A stretch of 48,743 bases of DNA from Clostridia bacterium (GTDB lineage Bacteria > Bacillota > Clostridia > Christensenellales > CAG-314). The position numbers and the translations under genes were made by a program. Numbering within the stretch: the stretch's first letter is position 1; every line of letters begins with the position of its first letter. The notes beneath the pieces are model-generated. The model was not told the origin of the DNA and searched no databases. It saw only the letters and a program-made list of their open reading frames with translations. The stretch spans positions 1-48,743 of the forward strand of contig JAFVQA010000068.1 in assembly GCA_017505015.1 (NCBI GenBank). The letters run 5' to 3'. Below are positions 27,769 through 37,872 of this stretch, piece after piece.

Positions 27769-29751
27769 TTGAAAAACAATAGTAGCAAAAAGATTATTTC
27801 TGTTCTTGCTGTGTTTGCAATGTTTTTTGTGGGCGTTTGGCTGGTTATGTCATTGTTTCCTGCCACAACAGAAGCCCCAAAATACAACCAGTTTTTGCAA
27901 CAGGTAGAGCAAGGTCAGGTTTCATCTGTTTATATTTCGGGCAACTATGATATGGAAGTCGTTTTGACAGACGGCACAAAATATCAAATCAACATTCCAA
28001 GTCGAAGTCAGGCTTCAAACGACATTCTCGAAGCAATCGAGTCTGCAAAAGTAACAAACCCAAACTACGACATTACAATGGATTTTGACAAACCAGATCA
28101 AGGCAGTATTTTTGATTATATTTTTCCACTGTTGATGATTGGTCTGGCAATTATGCTGGTTGTTATGTTGTTTAAAAAGATTGGTCAGCAAAACAACCAA
28201 AACATCAACTTTGGCAAAAGCAAAGCTCGTGTTAACGAAAACGTAAAAGTTCGTTTCAGCGACGTTGCCGGAGCCGAAGAAGAAAAAGAAGAACTCAAAG
28301 AAATCATCGATTTTCTCAAAGCACCACAAAAGTTTAACGAGTTGGGTGCACGCATTCCACGAGGCGTTTTGCTTGTGGGCCCTCCAGGAACGGGCAAAAC
28401 TTTGTTTGCAAAAGCAGTTGCAGGCGAAGCTGGCGTGCCATTCTTTTCTATCAGTGGTAGTGACTTTGTAGAAATGTTCGTTGGTGTTGGTGCAAGCCGT
28501 GTTCGTGATTTGTTTGATCAGGCAAAACGCAACATGCCATGCATCGTGTTTATTGACGAAATCGATGCCGTTGGTCGTCAACGTGGTGCAGGCCTTGGTG
28601 GTGGCCACGACGAAAGAGAGCAAACTCTCAACCAGTTGCTCGTGCAGATGGACGGTTTCGAAACAAACAACGGCATAATCATTATGGCGGCAACAAACCG
28701 TGCCGATATACTTGACCCTGCATTGCTCAGACCAGGTCGTTTTGACAGACAAATTTACGTAAATCGCCCAGACGTTCGTGGTCGTGAGGCTATCCTTAAA
28801 GTTCACGCACGCAACAAACCAATGGCGCACGACGTAGACTTTAAAACTGTTGCACGCATTACAAGTGGCTTTAGTGGCGCAGATCTTGAAAACTTGCTTA
28901 ACGAAGCGGCTATCCTTACTGTTCGCGATGGCAGAAAGCTCATCAGCATGAAAGATATTGCCGAAGGTATAAACAAGGTTATCATGGGTCCACAAAAGAA
29001 AAGCCGTTTGGTAACAGAAAACGACAAACGCATTACTGCTTATCACGAAGCAGGTCACGCAATTTTGGCATGCAAACTTAAATATTGCGACCCTGTTCAA
29101 GAAGTTACAATCATCCCTCGTGGCATGGCCGGTGGTTACACAATGACAAGGCCAGACAACGACGACAACTATGAGTCAAAACAACAAATGCTTGACCAAA
29201 TCGTTATGACGCTTGGTGGCCGTGTTGCAGAAGAACTTGTTATCAAAAACATAACAGGTGGCGCAAGCAGTGATATTCGCAAAGTTACGCAAATTGCTCA
29301 CGCAATGGTTGCAGAACTTGGTATGTCTGACGAAATTGGCCCTATCTTTTATGGCAGTGACCACGAAGTTTTCGTTGGCAAAAACTATGCAAGTCAAAAC
29401 AGCTTCAGCGAACATATGGCAAGCAAAATTGACCAGGAAGCTAACAAAATCATTCGTGAATGTCATGAGCGTGCAAGACAAATCCTTGGTGACAATATCG
29501 AAATTTTGCACAATATGGCAAGAGTTCTTTTGGAAAAAGAAACTATCCACACAACAGAAGTAGAAATGCTCATCGCAGGCGAATCTGCTCAGACAGTAAT
29601 CAATTTTATTGACAAAAAATACAACCCAGACAAACCACAAGTGGCAACACCTGCCCCTGCAGTTGAACAACCAAAGGCAGAACAAGTGATCGCACCTGTT
29701 GAACCAAAGGTTGAAGAAAAGGCAGAACAAAATTCTGACGACAATCAATAA
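27769..29751 (+). CDS. ftsH: ATP-dependent zinc metalloprotease FtsH
   Basis: ORF track (TTG start behind SD AAGGAG). Walker A GPPGTGKT, Walker [13 protein letters not shown], zinc site HEAGHA. Confidence 0.96.
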   Translation: MKNNSSKKIISVLAVFAMFFVGVWLVMSLFPATTEAPKYNQFLQQVEQGQVSSVYISGNYDMEVVLTDGTKYQINIPSRSQASNDILEAIESAKVTNPNYDITMDFDKPDQGSIFDYIFPLLMIGLAIMLVVMLFKKIGQQNNQNINFGKSKARVNENVKVRFSDVAGAEEEKEELKEIIDFLKAPQKFNELGARIPRGVLLVGPPGTGKTLFAKAVAGEAGVPFFSISGSDFVEMFVGVGASRVRDLFDQAKRNMPCIVFIDEIDAVGRQRGAGLGGGHDEREQTLNQLLVQMDGFETNNGIIIMAATNRADILDPALLRPGRFDRQIYVNRPDVRGREAILKVHARNKPMAHDVDFKTVARITSGFSGADLENLLNEAAILTVRDGRKLISMKDIAEGINKVIMGPQKKSRLVTENDKRITAYHEAGHAILACKLKYCDPVQEVTIIPRGMAGGYTMTRPDNDDNYESKQQMLDQIVMTLGGRVAEELVIKNITGGASSDIRKVTQIAHAMVAELGMSDEIGPIFYGSDHEVFVGKNYASQNSFSEHMASKIDQEANKIIRECHERARQILGDNIEILHNMARVLLEKETIHTTEVEMLIAGESAQTVINFIDKKYNPDKPQVATPAPAVEQPKAEQVIAPVEPKVEEKAEQNSDDNQ

Positions 29752-29773
29752 TTGATTTTTAAAAACAAAACAA

Positions 29774-29804
29774 AAAGCACGGATATTTTCCGTGCTTTTA
29801 TTTT
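29774..29804 (+). terminator. intrinsic terminator after ftsH (GCACGG family)
   Basis: AAGCACGG-ATATTTT-CCGTGCTT followed by TTATTTT. Confidence 0.75.
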
Positions 29805-29962
29805 GCAAAAAAAACGTCGAAAAGCCCCAGGTATAGGGGGTATTTTGCAAAGAAAAGTTTAAAAAATGGCAATATTTTTTTAAAAAATGTATTGTACAGA
29901 GAATATAAATATGATAGTATAAAAGCAACAAAAACTATGTTAAAAAAATGTCAATGTTAAGA

Positions 29963-30096
29963 CAGGTGTAAAGACACCTGCCACTTACAAACGATACCGA
30001 CCCACAAAAAAGTAAGTCAGGCCGATACCAATAAATCTGCTTTTGCAGGCTAAAAGGACACAAAATCTGCCCGACTTGTTCGTGGCAGATTTTTTT
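29963..30096 (+). ncRNA. candidate structured leader or small RNA ending in a terminator, upstream of the giant surface-protein gene
   Basis: Hairpin CAGGTG-TAAAGA-CACCTG (29963-29980). Possible long stem ACTTAC/GTAAGT. AAATCTGC occurs twice (30034, 30063). Terminator ATCTGCC-13 nt-GGCAGAT plus T6 (30065-30096). Possible promoter TTGTAC-17-TAGTAT at 29892-29920. No known riboswitch class recognised. Confidence 0.3.
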
Positions 30097-30113
30097 GATA
30101 CTTAAAAAGTATC
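30097..30113. repeat. empty palindrome GATACTTAAAAAGTATC
   Basis: Perfect 7-bp arms. An S-filled counterpart lies 85 nt downstream. Confidence 0.6.
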
Positions 30114-30188
30114 CAAATGTATGCTTGATATACAGTGTGGTTGAAACACAAAATTTTTTGCTGACAATGAGTTGTTGAGGGATACCTT

Positions 30189-30255
30189 CACGAGTAAAAC
30201 GTGTGTAAACAACGCACAGCAAGGGCTTGTTTGTTGACAAAACCACTTCGAGTTA
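30189..30255 (+). repeat. sub-element S (about 67 nt) filling a GGATACCTT/AAGTATCC palindrome
   Basis: GGATACCTT-[CACGAGTAAAACGTGTGTAAA...58-nt spacing...CTTCGAGTTA]-AAGTATCC. Confidence 0.6.
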
Positions 30256-30389
30256 AAGTATCCAATAGTATGGCTCAGTGTGGTTGCAACATTAAAAAAC
30301 AAGCCCCTGTGGTGCTGACAGGTTGCAGAAATTGCAACCGAATATCAAAAAAGAAAAAAACTTGCACAACAGTTGCAAAGAGGTGCTAT

Positions 30390-33300
30390 ATGAAAAAACT
30401 TTTTAAAAAATTTAATCTTTCAATAATTTCACTGGTGTTTGCACTGACACTTTGTTTTGGTGGCATTGCTTTGTCAGCCCCAAAAAAGGTTGATGCAGCA
30501 GAATACGTAGCGCAAGCAAACAGCACGCAATACGTCACTTTGCAAGAGGCTTTTGCCAGCGCCACAGACGGCGTGCAGACAAACATAAAACTGCTTGCCG
30601 ACGTAACGACAACCGAAATTATTCAAATCGCAGCAGAAAAAAACGTGGTGTTTAATCTTAACGGTTTTAACCTTATAAACCCAAACGATGGTGTTTTTAG
30701 AATTTTAGGCACGTTTTGCATTAAAGGCAACGGCTCTGTCAAAGGCGCGTCAGAAGGTGCAACAATCAGCACAATAAACGTTGGTCAAACAGGCACGCTT
30801 GTTCTTGAGGGTGGCACAATTACATCACTGGGCGGAACAGGAAACAGATGCATTTATTCACAGGGCACTGTTACAATAAAGGGTGGCAGTATAGAAAACG
30901 GTTCGGCAGAGAATGGCGGTGGCATCTATAGCAGTGGCACACTCACAATAAACGGTGGCACAATATCAAACAACAGAGCAACCGGAGGTGGTGGCATTTT
31001 TTCACAGGGCACACTCACTATAAATGGTGGCACAATTTCAAACAACACTGCAGACGATGGCGGTGGCATTTATTCTACTGGTGGCACACTCACTATAAGC
31101 GATGGCACAATTTCAAATAACACTGCAAACAATGGCGGTGGCATTTATGCCGTCGGCTATTGCACAGTTGATATAACAAATGGCGCTATCGAACAAAATG
31201 ATGCAGTCAACGATGGCGGTGGCATCTTTTTTGCAAAAGGCAGACTCAAAATGACGGGTGGCACAATTTTGAGCAACACTGCAGGGGGCAATGGTGGTGG
31301 CATTTTTAACGTAAGTGACAACAGCAACACAAACCTAGTAGAAATAGCCGGTGGGTTTATAGAGTCAAACACAGCAGAGGGCAATGGCGGTGGCATTTTT
31401 AACTCCATTGACACATCCAAAGGAAATCTGAGCATAAGTGGCAGTGCAATGATAACAAAAAACCAAAGCAACAATGGTGCCGGCATTTACAACAATGGTG
31501 GTGTCTTTAGTGCGGTTGGTGGCACTGTTTCGCAAAACGTTGCAAAAAGTGGTGGCGGTGGCATCTTTAACAATTATGGCACTCTTGACGTGACAAGAAT
31601 CACAATATCAGGCAACAGTGCAACAAATGGTGGTGGCATTTTTGCTAACAATGGCACTATCAACATCAAATACAACACTTTTATCTCACAAAACACAGCA
31701 AGGTTTGGTGGTGGCGTTTACAGCGATTCATGCGCTGTCACTGTTACTGGTGCAACAATAACACAAAACACAGCGACAGACGAAGGCGGTGGCATTTATA
31801 TTTATATTTATGCAAATGTAGCAAAAACCGTTGATATACAAAAAACAACAATCAGCTCTAACAAAGCAACAAGCCTGGGTGGTGGCATTCATGTCAATTC
31901 GGGCATAGTTAATATAGGCAGTGACGTTTTGATCACAACAAACAGTGCAGAATATGGCGGTGGCATTTTTCTTGAAAAAAATAGCACAATTGCTATAAAC
32001 GGAGCAACAGTATCAGAAAACACTGCAAAATATCAGGGTGGTGGTATTTCTTGCGGTGGAAAAACAACAATTGAAAATGCCACAATCAGCAAAAACAAAA
32101 GTGTGGATGGTGCAGGCATTTTCAGTGCCGGCGAAGTTGAAATAAACAGCACTACTTTTGAAGAAAACATTGCAACAAGTGATGGCGGTGGCGTTTATGC
32201 CAATATAGACATACTCAAACTCAACAGCTGTTTGATATCAAAAAACACTGCATACGACGGTGCAGGCATTTTTAACAAATGCACGCTGACTATTGATGGT
32301 GGCGAAATAACAGACAACATTGCAAAAAACTATGGCGGTGGTGTTTTGAATGACGAGACAGGCACGCTCACTGTGGACAGTGCAACAATATCAGACAACA
32401 CTGCAAGTATTGGTGGTGGCATTTATAACCATGAAGCAGGCATTCTCACTGTTGATGGTGGTGAAATAACACAAAACAAAGCAACTACGGCTGCCGGTGG
32501 CATTTATAACAAAGGCACAGTTGAAATTTTGACAGGACTTGTTTCACAAAACAAAGAAACTAGATATGGCGGTGGCATTTATAACGAAGGCACGTTCACT
32601 GTGACAGGTGGAACAATTTCAGGCAACGAAGCAACAGAATTTGGCGGAGGTGTTTATAATAGTGGCGACCTTACTGTTGAGGGTGCAACAATTTCACAAA
32701 ACACTGCAACGTATAATGGCGGTGGCATTTATAACGAAAGCACACTCACTGTGTCAGGCAGTTCAATTTTAAATAACAGTGCTGTTGATGGTGGTGGCAT
32801 TTATAACTATGGAGCAGGCATTCTCATTGTTGATGATGGTGAAATTTCAGGCAACGAAGCAACGTATGATGGTGGTGGCATTTATAACTATGGCACGGTT
32901 GAAATTTTGACAGGACTTGTTTCACAAAACAGAGTAACCAGATATGGTGGTGGAATTTATAACGCTCCTGACAGAACTGTAACGATATACAACGAAGTAA
33001 CAATTTCAAACAACAGCGCACAATATGGCGGTGGCATTTATAATAGTGGCGAACTTTCTGTTGAGGGTGCAACAATTTCACAAAACACTGCAACGTATAA
33101 TGGCGGTGGCATTTATAACTCTGACACAGTTGAAATTTTTACAGGATATGTTTCACAAAACACTGCAACGTATGATGGCGGTGGCATTTATAACTTTGGC
33201 ACAGTTGAAATTTTGACAGGATCTGTTTCACAAAACACTGCAATGTCTAGTGGTGGTGGTATTTATAACCAAGGTACAGTTACTGTGTCTGGTGGTGAAA

Positions 33301-35702
33301 TTTCAGGCAACGTAGCAACGTATGATGGCGGTGGCGTTTTTAACAGTAGTGGCACGCTCGATGTAACTGGTGGCACAATTTCAAACAACACTGCAACGTC
33401 TAATGGCGGTGGTGTTTATAACCATAGCGAACTCACTGTTGATGGTGGCATCATTTTGCAAAACGTTGCAGAGGCTGGTGGTGGCATTTATAACTATGGA
33501 ACAACAACTCTGGACTCTGGCACAAAGATAAGCAAAAACGAAAGCTCGCTTTCTGGCGGTGGCATTTATAACGATGGCAAAACAACTGTTGATGGTGGTG
33601 AAATAACAGAAAACGTTGCAACTGATGATGGCGGTGGCATTTATAATGATAATGGCGAACTTGCTGTTGAGGGTGTAACAATTTCAAACAACAGTGCACA
33701 ATATGGCGGTGGCATTTATAACAGCACTGGCAGCACTGTAACTGCTGAAAACACAACAGTTTCGCAAAACAGTGTAACGTATGATGGCGGTGGTATTAAA
33801 AATAACGGCACACTCACTTTTGCAAGTGGAACAATTTCAAACAACGTTGCAACAAGAGAAGGTGGTGGCATTTATAACTCTGGCAATAGCATTGCAACTG
33901 TTGAAGACGCAACAATTTCCGACAACAGTGCAGAATATGGCGGTGGCATTTATATCAACAGCAGCAGCACAATCCAACTCAAAGGAGCAACAATTTCAGA
34001 CAACAGTGCATTAAGCGGTGGTGGCATTTATATCAACAGCAACAGCACAATCCAACTCAAAGGAGCAACAATTTTGCAAAACGTTGCAACAGGTGACGGT
34101 GGTGGTATTTATAACAATGGCGAACTCACTGTTGATGGTGGTGAAATAGCCGACAATACTGCACAATTGGGTGGCGGCATTTTTAACTTTAGCAAAGCAA
34201 CTGTCAGCAATGTTTCGATTAAAAACAACGTTGCAAACTTTGGTGCTGACGTTTATAACTTTGCAAATGATACGTTTGAGGCAAGTGACAGCACTTTGCA
34301 ACAGGTGAACAACATGGGCAAGTTCACTTTGGATGGTGGCAGTGTTGAAAGTTTGTTTGTTGAACACGAAAACAGCACTGCAGATATCACAGGACAAGTA
34401 TCAACGGTGTATTTTGTAAATATCCCAGTTCAACCAGTTGTTCTGGACGGTGCAGATTTGCAAAACGAAATAAAGGTGGTTGTTAACGTGAGTGACATTG
34501 CCGATATTGAAGACATTGTTTTGTTTGAAAACTTTGTTTGCAACGACGACCTGTTTGTGTTGCACAAAGGCACTGTTGACAACGCACAACCTGTAAATGA
34601 CTTTTTCTTGATGAAAGACAGTCAAAACAAAGTTGCAGTTACACTTATTGACATTGCGAGAATCAGCGTTGATACACAACCAACAAAAACAACTTATGTT
34701 TACTATGAACCGTTTGAAAAAGACGGCATGGTTGTTTCTGCAACGTATAACAACGGCAAAACAGAGTTGGTTGACATCAACGACGTGGAGATTTTATATC
34801 AGACTTATAGCGACGGTTTCCACCCGACAGACACGGGCGTGACTTTGCAGTTTGTAAATCTTAAAAACAAAAAAATCACTTGCACGGTTGACCTTGTTGT
34901 TGAAAAAGAACAAAATGAAATTTCAGACTTTTTTGCTGGCTGGACTTATGGCGAAAAACCTGGATATGGCTTTGCTGCAGATTGGGTTGAAGAATATGAC
35001 CTTTCTTTTGCAACAAGCCAAAACGGTGTGTATTCAGGCACTGTTCCAACAAATGCAGGCACTTATTGGATGAAAATTTTGGTTCACGAAAGCGAGTTTT
35101 ATTATTCGGCAGAACAAGCCTTTGAGTTTGAAATTGAAAAGGCAGTTGTTTCAAAACCAAAACTCGACAACCAAGCTGTTGTGTATAACGGACAAAAACA
35201 AATTGCAACAATTGAGCAAAGCGATTTGTATACAGCAACTAACGATGGTGGCACAAACGCAGGTGTTTATGTTGTGACATATTCACTCAATGACAAAGCA
35301 AACTACAACTGGTCAAATGGCAATGCAGAAGACCTCTCGTTTGAGTTTGCAATTAAAAAGGCAACTGTAACAATAGGCAACGTTTCAATCACAGGCAACG
35401 TAAGGGGCGAAGATTTGCAGGTTAGTGCAACAAGCAATTTTGGCGATATTCAATATAGCTATGCCAAAAAAGGTGAAAGCAACTTTACAAGCACAAAACC
35501 AACAAAACCTGGCGAATATATCGCAAAAATGACAGTTGCCGGAACAAACAACTTTGACGGTGCAGAAAAAACAGTTGCGTTTGTTATCGAGTCAAAACTG
35601 TTTGCAGGCGAAATAACTGGCATTGTGGCAGGCAGTGTTGCCGTTGCCGGTGGCATTGGCGGTGGCATTTGGTTTTTGATAAAAAAACGCAAACGCATTT
35701 AA
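30390..35702 (+). CDS. giant secreted, membrane-anchored surface protein (1770 aa). About 44 Pmp/POMP-type GGGIYN parallel beta-helix repeats, then Ig-like and MBG-like domains, with a C-terminal TM anchor
   Basis: ORF 30201..35702 trimmed to MKKLFKKFNLSIISLVFALTLCFGGIALSAPKKVDAAEY (signal peptide) behind SD GAGGTG. I counted 44 units of ..NTA..GGGIYN.GTLTV.GG.IS.N. Tail contains TKTTYVYYEPFEKDGMVVSATYNNGK (Ig-like) and YNGQKQ...GTNAGVYVVTY (MBG-like). Ends in GIVAGSVAVAGGIGGGIWFLIKKRKRI, with no LPXTG. Confidence 0.85.
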   Translation: MKKLFKKFNLSIISLVFALTLCFGGIALSAPKKVDAAEYVAQANSTQYVTLQEAFASATDGVQTNIKLLADVTTTEIIQIAAEKNVVFNLNGFNLINPNDGVFRILGTFCIKGNGSVKGASEGATISTINVGQTGTLVLEGGTITSLGGTGNRCIYSQGTVTIKGGSIENGSAENGGGIYSSGTLTINGGTISNNRATGGGGIFSQGTLTINGGTISNNTADDGGGIYSTGGTLTISDGTISNNTANNGGGIYAVGYCTVDITNGAIEQNDAVNDGGGIFFAKGRLKMTGGTILSNTAGGNGGGIFNVSDNSNTNLVEIAGGFIESNTAEGNGGGIFNSIDTSKGNLSISGSAMITKNQSNNGAGIYNNGGVFSAVGGTVSQNVAKSGGGGIFNNYGTLDVTRITISGNSATNGGGIFANNGTINIKYNTFISQNTARFGGGVYSDSCAVTVTGATITQNTATDEGGGIYIYIYANVAKTVDIQKTTISSNKATSLGGGIHVNSGIVNIGSDVLITTNSAEYGGGIFLEKNSTIAINGATVSENTAKYQGGGISCGGKTTIENATISKNKSVDGAGIFSAGEVEINSTTFEENIATSDGGGVYANIDILKLNSCLISKNTAYDGAGIFNKCTLTIDGGEITDNIAKNYGGGVLNDETGTLTVDSATISDNTASIGGGIYNHEAGILTVDGGEITQNKATTAAGGIYNKGTVEILTGLVSQNKETRYGGGIYNEGTFTVTGGTISGNEATEFGGGVYNSGDLTVEGATISQNTATYNGGGIYNESTLTVSGSSILNNSAVDGGGIYNYGAGILIVDDGEISGNEATYDGGGIYNYGTVEILTGLVSQNRVTRYGGGIYNAPDRTVTIYNEVTISNNSAQYGGGIYNSGELSVEGATISQNTATYNGGGIYNSDTVEIFTGYVSQNTATYDGGGIYNFGTVEILTGSVSQNTAMSSGGGIYNQGTVTVSGGEISGNVATYDGGGVFNSSGTLDVTGGTISNNTATSNGGGVYNHSELTVDGGIILQNVAEAGGGIYNYGTTTLDSGTKISKNESSLSGGGIYNDGKTTVDGGEITENVATDDGGGIYNDNGELAVEGVTISNNSAQYGGGIYNSTGSTVTAENTTVSQNSVTYDGGGIKNNGTLTFASGTISNNVATREGGGIYNSGNSIATVEDATISDNSAEYGGGIYINSSSTIQLKGATISDNSALSGGGIYINSNSTIQLKGATILQNVATGDGGGIYNNGELTVDGGEIADNTAQLGGGIFNFSKATVSNVSIKNNVANFGADVYNFANDTFEASDSTLQQVNNMGKFTLDGGSVESLFVEHENSTADITGQVSTVYFVNIPVQPVVLDGADLQNEIKVVVNVSDIADIEDIVLFENFVCNDDLFVLHKGTVDNAQPVNDFFLMKDSQNKVAVTLIDIARISVDTQPTKTTYVYYEPFEKDGMVVSATYNNGKTELVDINDVEILYQTYSDGFHPTDTGVTLQFVNLKNKKITCTVDLVVEKEQNEISDFFAGWTYGEKPGYGFAADWVEEYDLSFATSQNGVYSGTVPTNAGTYWMKILVHESEFYYSAEQAFEFEIEKAVVSKPKLDNQAVVYNGQKQIATIEQSDLYTATNDGGTNAGVYVVTYSLNDKANYNWSNGNAEDLSFEFAIKKATVTIGNVSITGNVRGEDLQVSATSNFGDIQYSYAKKGESNFTSTKPTKPGEYIAKMTVAGTNNFDGAEKTVAFVIESKLFAGEITGIVAGSVAVAGGIGGGIWFLIKKRKRI

Positions 35703-35722
35703 CAACAACTAAACAAAATATA

Positions 35723-35751
35723 AAAGCACGGAAAAACTCCGTGCTTTTTTG
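35723..35751 (+). terminator. intrinsic terminator (GCACGG family)
   Basis: AGCACGG-AAAAACT-CCGTGCT followed by T6. Confidence 0.8.
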
Positions 35752-35784
35752 TTTGCAAAAGTTTGTTTAACTTTGCTTTTACTA

Positions 35785-35813
35785 TTGAAAACTTTGTCGA
35801 ATTTTTATATAAT
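35785..35813 (+). promoter_or_regulatory. sigma-A-type promoter for xpt-pbuX (TTGAAA-17-TATAAT)
   Basis: TTGAAA 35785-35790, a 17-nt spacer, TATAAT 35808-35813. This leaves only about 30 nt of leader. Confidence 0.6.
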
Positions 35814-35846
35814 ATGTAGGTAAATTTTACATTAAGGAACAAAGCT

Positions 35847-36437
35847 ATGAATTTTTTAGAAGAACGCATTGTTAAAGATGGTGTGGTAAAAGAGGGCAAC
35901 GTGCTCAAGGTAGACAGCTTTTTGAACCACCAGATGGACGTAAAACTGCTTGACAAAATGGGGCAGGCTTTTTACAAAAAATTTGCAGAAAAGCAGGTCA
36001 CAAAAATTTTGACTATCGAAACGTCAGGCATTGCAATTGCATGTGCTGCAGCAAAATATTTTGACGTGCCCGTTGTTTTTGCAAAAAAATCTAAAAGTGT
36101 AAACCTTGATGGCGACCTTTATACGGCAGAAGTTGAGTCGTTTACTCACAAAAACAAAAACACTGTCATTGTGTCTAAAAAGTTTTTGTCACCAGGCGAG
36201 CGAATTTTGCTTATTGACGACTTTTTGGCAAACGGTTGTGCTTTGCAAGGCCTTATTTCTATCGTGCAAGATGCAGGTGCTCAGGTTGTGGGCATTGGCA
36301 TTGGTGTAGAAAAAGGTTTTCAGGTTGGAGGAAGAATGATTCGCAACCTTGGCTATGACTTGTTGTCACTTGCCATTGTTGACGGTATGGATGCAGGCAC
36401 AGGTGAAATTTTCTTCCGTGAGCAGGAGGAAATATGA
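35847..36437 (+). CDS. xpt: xanthine phosphoribosyltransferase
   Basis: ORF track. [26 protein letters not shown] start and PRPP motif [11 protein letters not shown]. Confidence 0.92.
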   Translation: MNFLEERIVKDGVVKEGNVLKVDSFLNHQMDVKLLDKMGQAFYKKFAEKQVTKILTIETSGIAIACAAAKYFDVPVVFAKKSKSVNLDGDLYTAEVESFTHKNKNTVIVSKKFLSPGERILLIDDFLANGCALQGLISIVQDAGAQVVGIGIGVEKGFQVGGRMIRNLGYDLLSLAIVDGMDAGTGEIFFREQEEI

Positions 36438-37756
36438 GTACAAAAAGCAAAGCAGACGTAAAAAACATTTATAACCTTGACGGACGAGTGCCTGTTGCAA
36501 AGGCTGTTCCTTTTGGCTTTCAACACATTTTGGCAATGTTCGTTGCAAATATTACGCCTATCATTATCGTTACCGGTATGTGTGGCCTTTCTGCAAGCGA
36601 AACGGCAACTCTCATTCAAACGGCAATGATTATTGCGGGCATTGGTTCGTTGATACAACTGTTTCCTTTCTGGAAGTTTGGTTCAGGCCTGCCTATCATA
36701 ATGGGCGTGAGCTTTACATTCGTTTCGGTTTTTGCATACGTTGGCTCAAACTATGGTTATGAGGCAATTATCGGTGCCGTTATCGTTGGTGGTATTGTCG
36801 AGGGGCTTTTGGGCTTTTTTGCAAAATACTGGCGCAAAATAATTTCGCCAATAGTTGCGGCAAGCGTTGTTACGGCAATTGGTTTTTCTCTTTTGACAGT
36901 TGGTGCAAACTCTTTTGCCGGTGGCAATGGCGCAGTAGATTTTGGCAGTGCACAAAACTGGTTGCTTGGTTGCGTTACACTCGTTTGTTGCATTGGCTTT
37001 AACATTTTAGCAAAAGGTCATTACAAACAACTTTCTGTTTTGTTTGGTCTTATTGTGGGTTATATACTTGCGCTTTGCCTTGGTGTGGTAGATTTTTCTG
37101 CACTCGAAGGAATTGGCATTGTTTCGTTGCCAAAAATTATGCCGTATGCACCTGTGTTTAATATTGATGCCATTATTGCAGTTGCACTCATCTTTTTGGT
37201 TTCTGCAACAGAAACAATTGGCGACACAACTGCACTTGCTTCTACTGCACTTGGTCGCGAACCAACAGACAAAGAAATTTCTGGTTCGCTTGCAGTTGAC
37301 GGTTTTGTAAGTTCGCTTTCTGCCTGCTTTGGTTGCATGCCTGTCACTTCTTTCAGCCAAAACGTTGGTCTTGTTGCTATGACAAAGGTTGTAAACAGGT
37401 TTACTATTGCAACGGGTGCATGCATTATGATAATTGCAGGTTTGTTCCCGGCAGTTGGTGCAATTCTGGCAACGTTGCCAGAAGCCGTTTTGGGTGGTTG
37501 CACAATAATGATGTTTGGTACTATTGTTGTAAGTGGTATGCAAATGGTTGCAAAATGTGGTTTTTCTCAACGCAACATAACAATTTTGGCGTTGTCGCTC
37601 AGCATTGGTCTTGGTTTTACACAAGTGCCACAAATCTTTGCAGGTTTTCCACAATTGTTCCAAACAATTTTTGCAGAAAACTGCGTTGCAGTTGTTTTTG
37701 TTTTGGCAATTATCCTCAACCTTGTTATGCCAAAAGAAAAAGAAGAAAAACAATAA
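36434..37756 (+). CDS. pbuX: xanthine/uracil permease (NCS2 family)
   Basis: ORF track. 4-nt overlap with xpt. Polytopic. NCS2 motifs FQHILAMF and SATETIGD. Confidence 0.88.
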   Translation: MSTKSKADVKNIYNLDGRVPVAKAVPFGFQHILAMFVANITPIIIVTGMCGLSASETATLIQTAMIIAGIGSLIQLFPFWKFGSGLPIIMGVSFTFVSVFAYVGSNYGYEAIIGAVIVGGIVEGLLGFFAKYWRKIISPIVAASVVTAIGFSLLTVGANSFAGGNGAVDFGSAQNWLLGCVTLVCCIGFNILAKGHYKQLSVLFGLIVGYILALCLGVVDFSALEGIGIVSLPKIMPYAPVFNIDAIIAVALIFLVSATETIGDTTALASTALGREPTDKEISGSLAVDGFVSSLSACFGCMPVTSFSQNVGLVAMTKVVNRFTIATGACIMIIAGLFPAVGAILATLPEAVLGGCTIMMFGTIVVSGMQMVAKCGFSQRNITILALSLSIGLGFTQVPQIFAGFPQLFQTIFAENCVAVVFVLAIILNLVMPKEKEEKQ

Positions 37757-37768
37757 AAAATATATTTC

Positions 37769-37797
37769 AAAAGCACGGGGTTTCCCGTGCTTTTTTG
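37769..37797 (+). terminator. intrinsic terminator (GCACGG family)
   Basis: AAGCACGGG-GTTT-CCCGTGCTT followed by T-run. Confidence 0.8.
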
Positions 37798-37872
37798 TTT
37801 TGCTTTTGCTATTGCTTTGTTTTGGTTTTATTGTATAATATAACCATAAAACACACACAGGGGGTGAGGTTT

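Noticed and set aside
30900-34270. Highly periodic DNA repeats (GGCGGTGGCATTTATAAC every 60-75 nt) that superficially resemble a repeat-spacer array
   Set aside because: They lie in frame inside one long ORF and encode the GGGIYN protein repeat. The period and repeat length vary, there are no cas genes, and there is no leader.
35703-35846. Expected guanine/xanthine (purine) riboswitch upstream of xpt-pbuX, as in Bacillus
   Set aside because: The predicted promoter leaves only about 30 nt of leader, and none of the conserved purine-aptamer sequence is present. Regulation must be by another route.
37333-37872. N-terminal 180 codons of ORF 37333..38439, overlapping pbuX in another frame
   Set aside because: Cys/Trp-rich nonsense that runs through the pbuX terminator. 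A good SD plus GTG at 37873 defines a plausible shorter gene.
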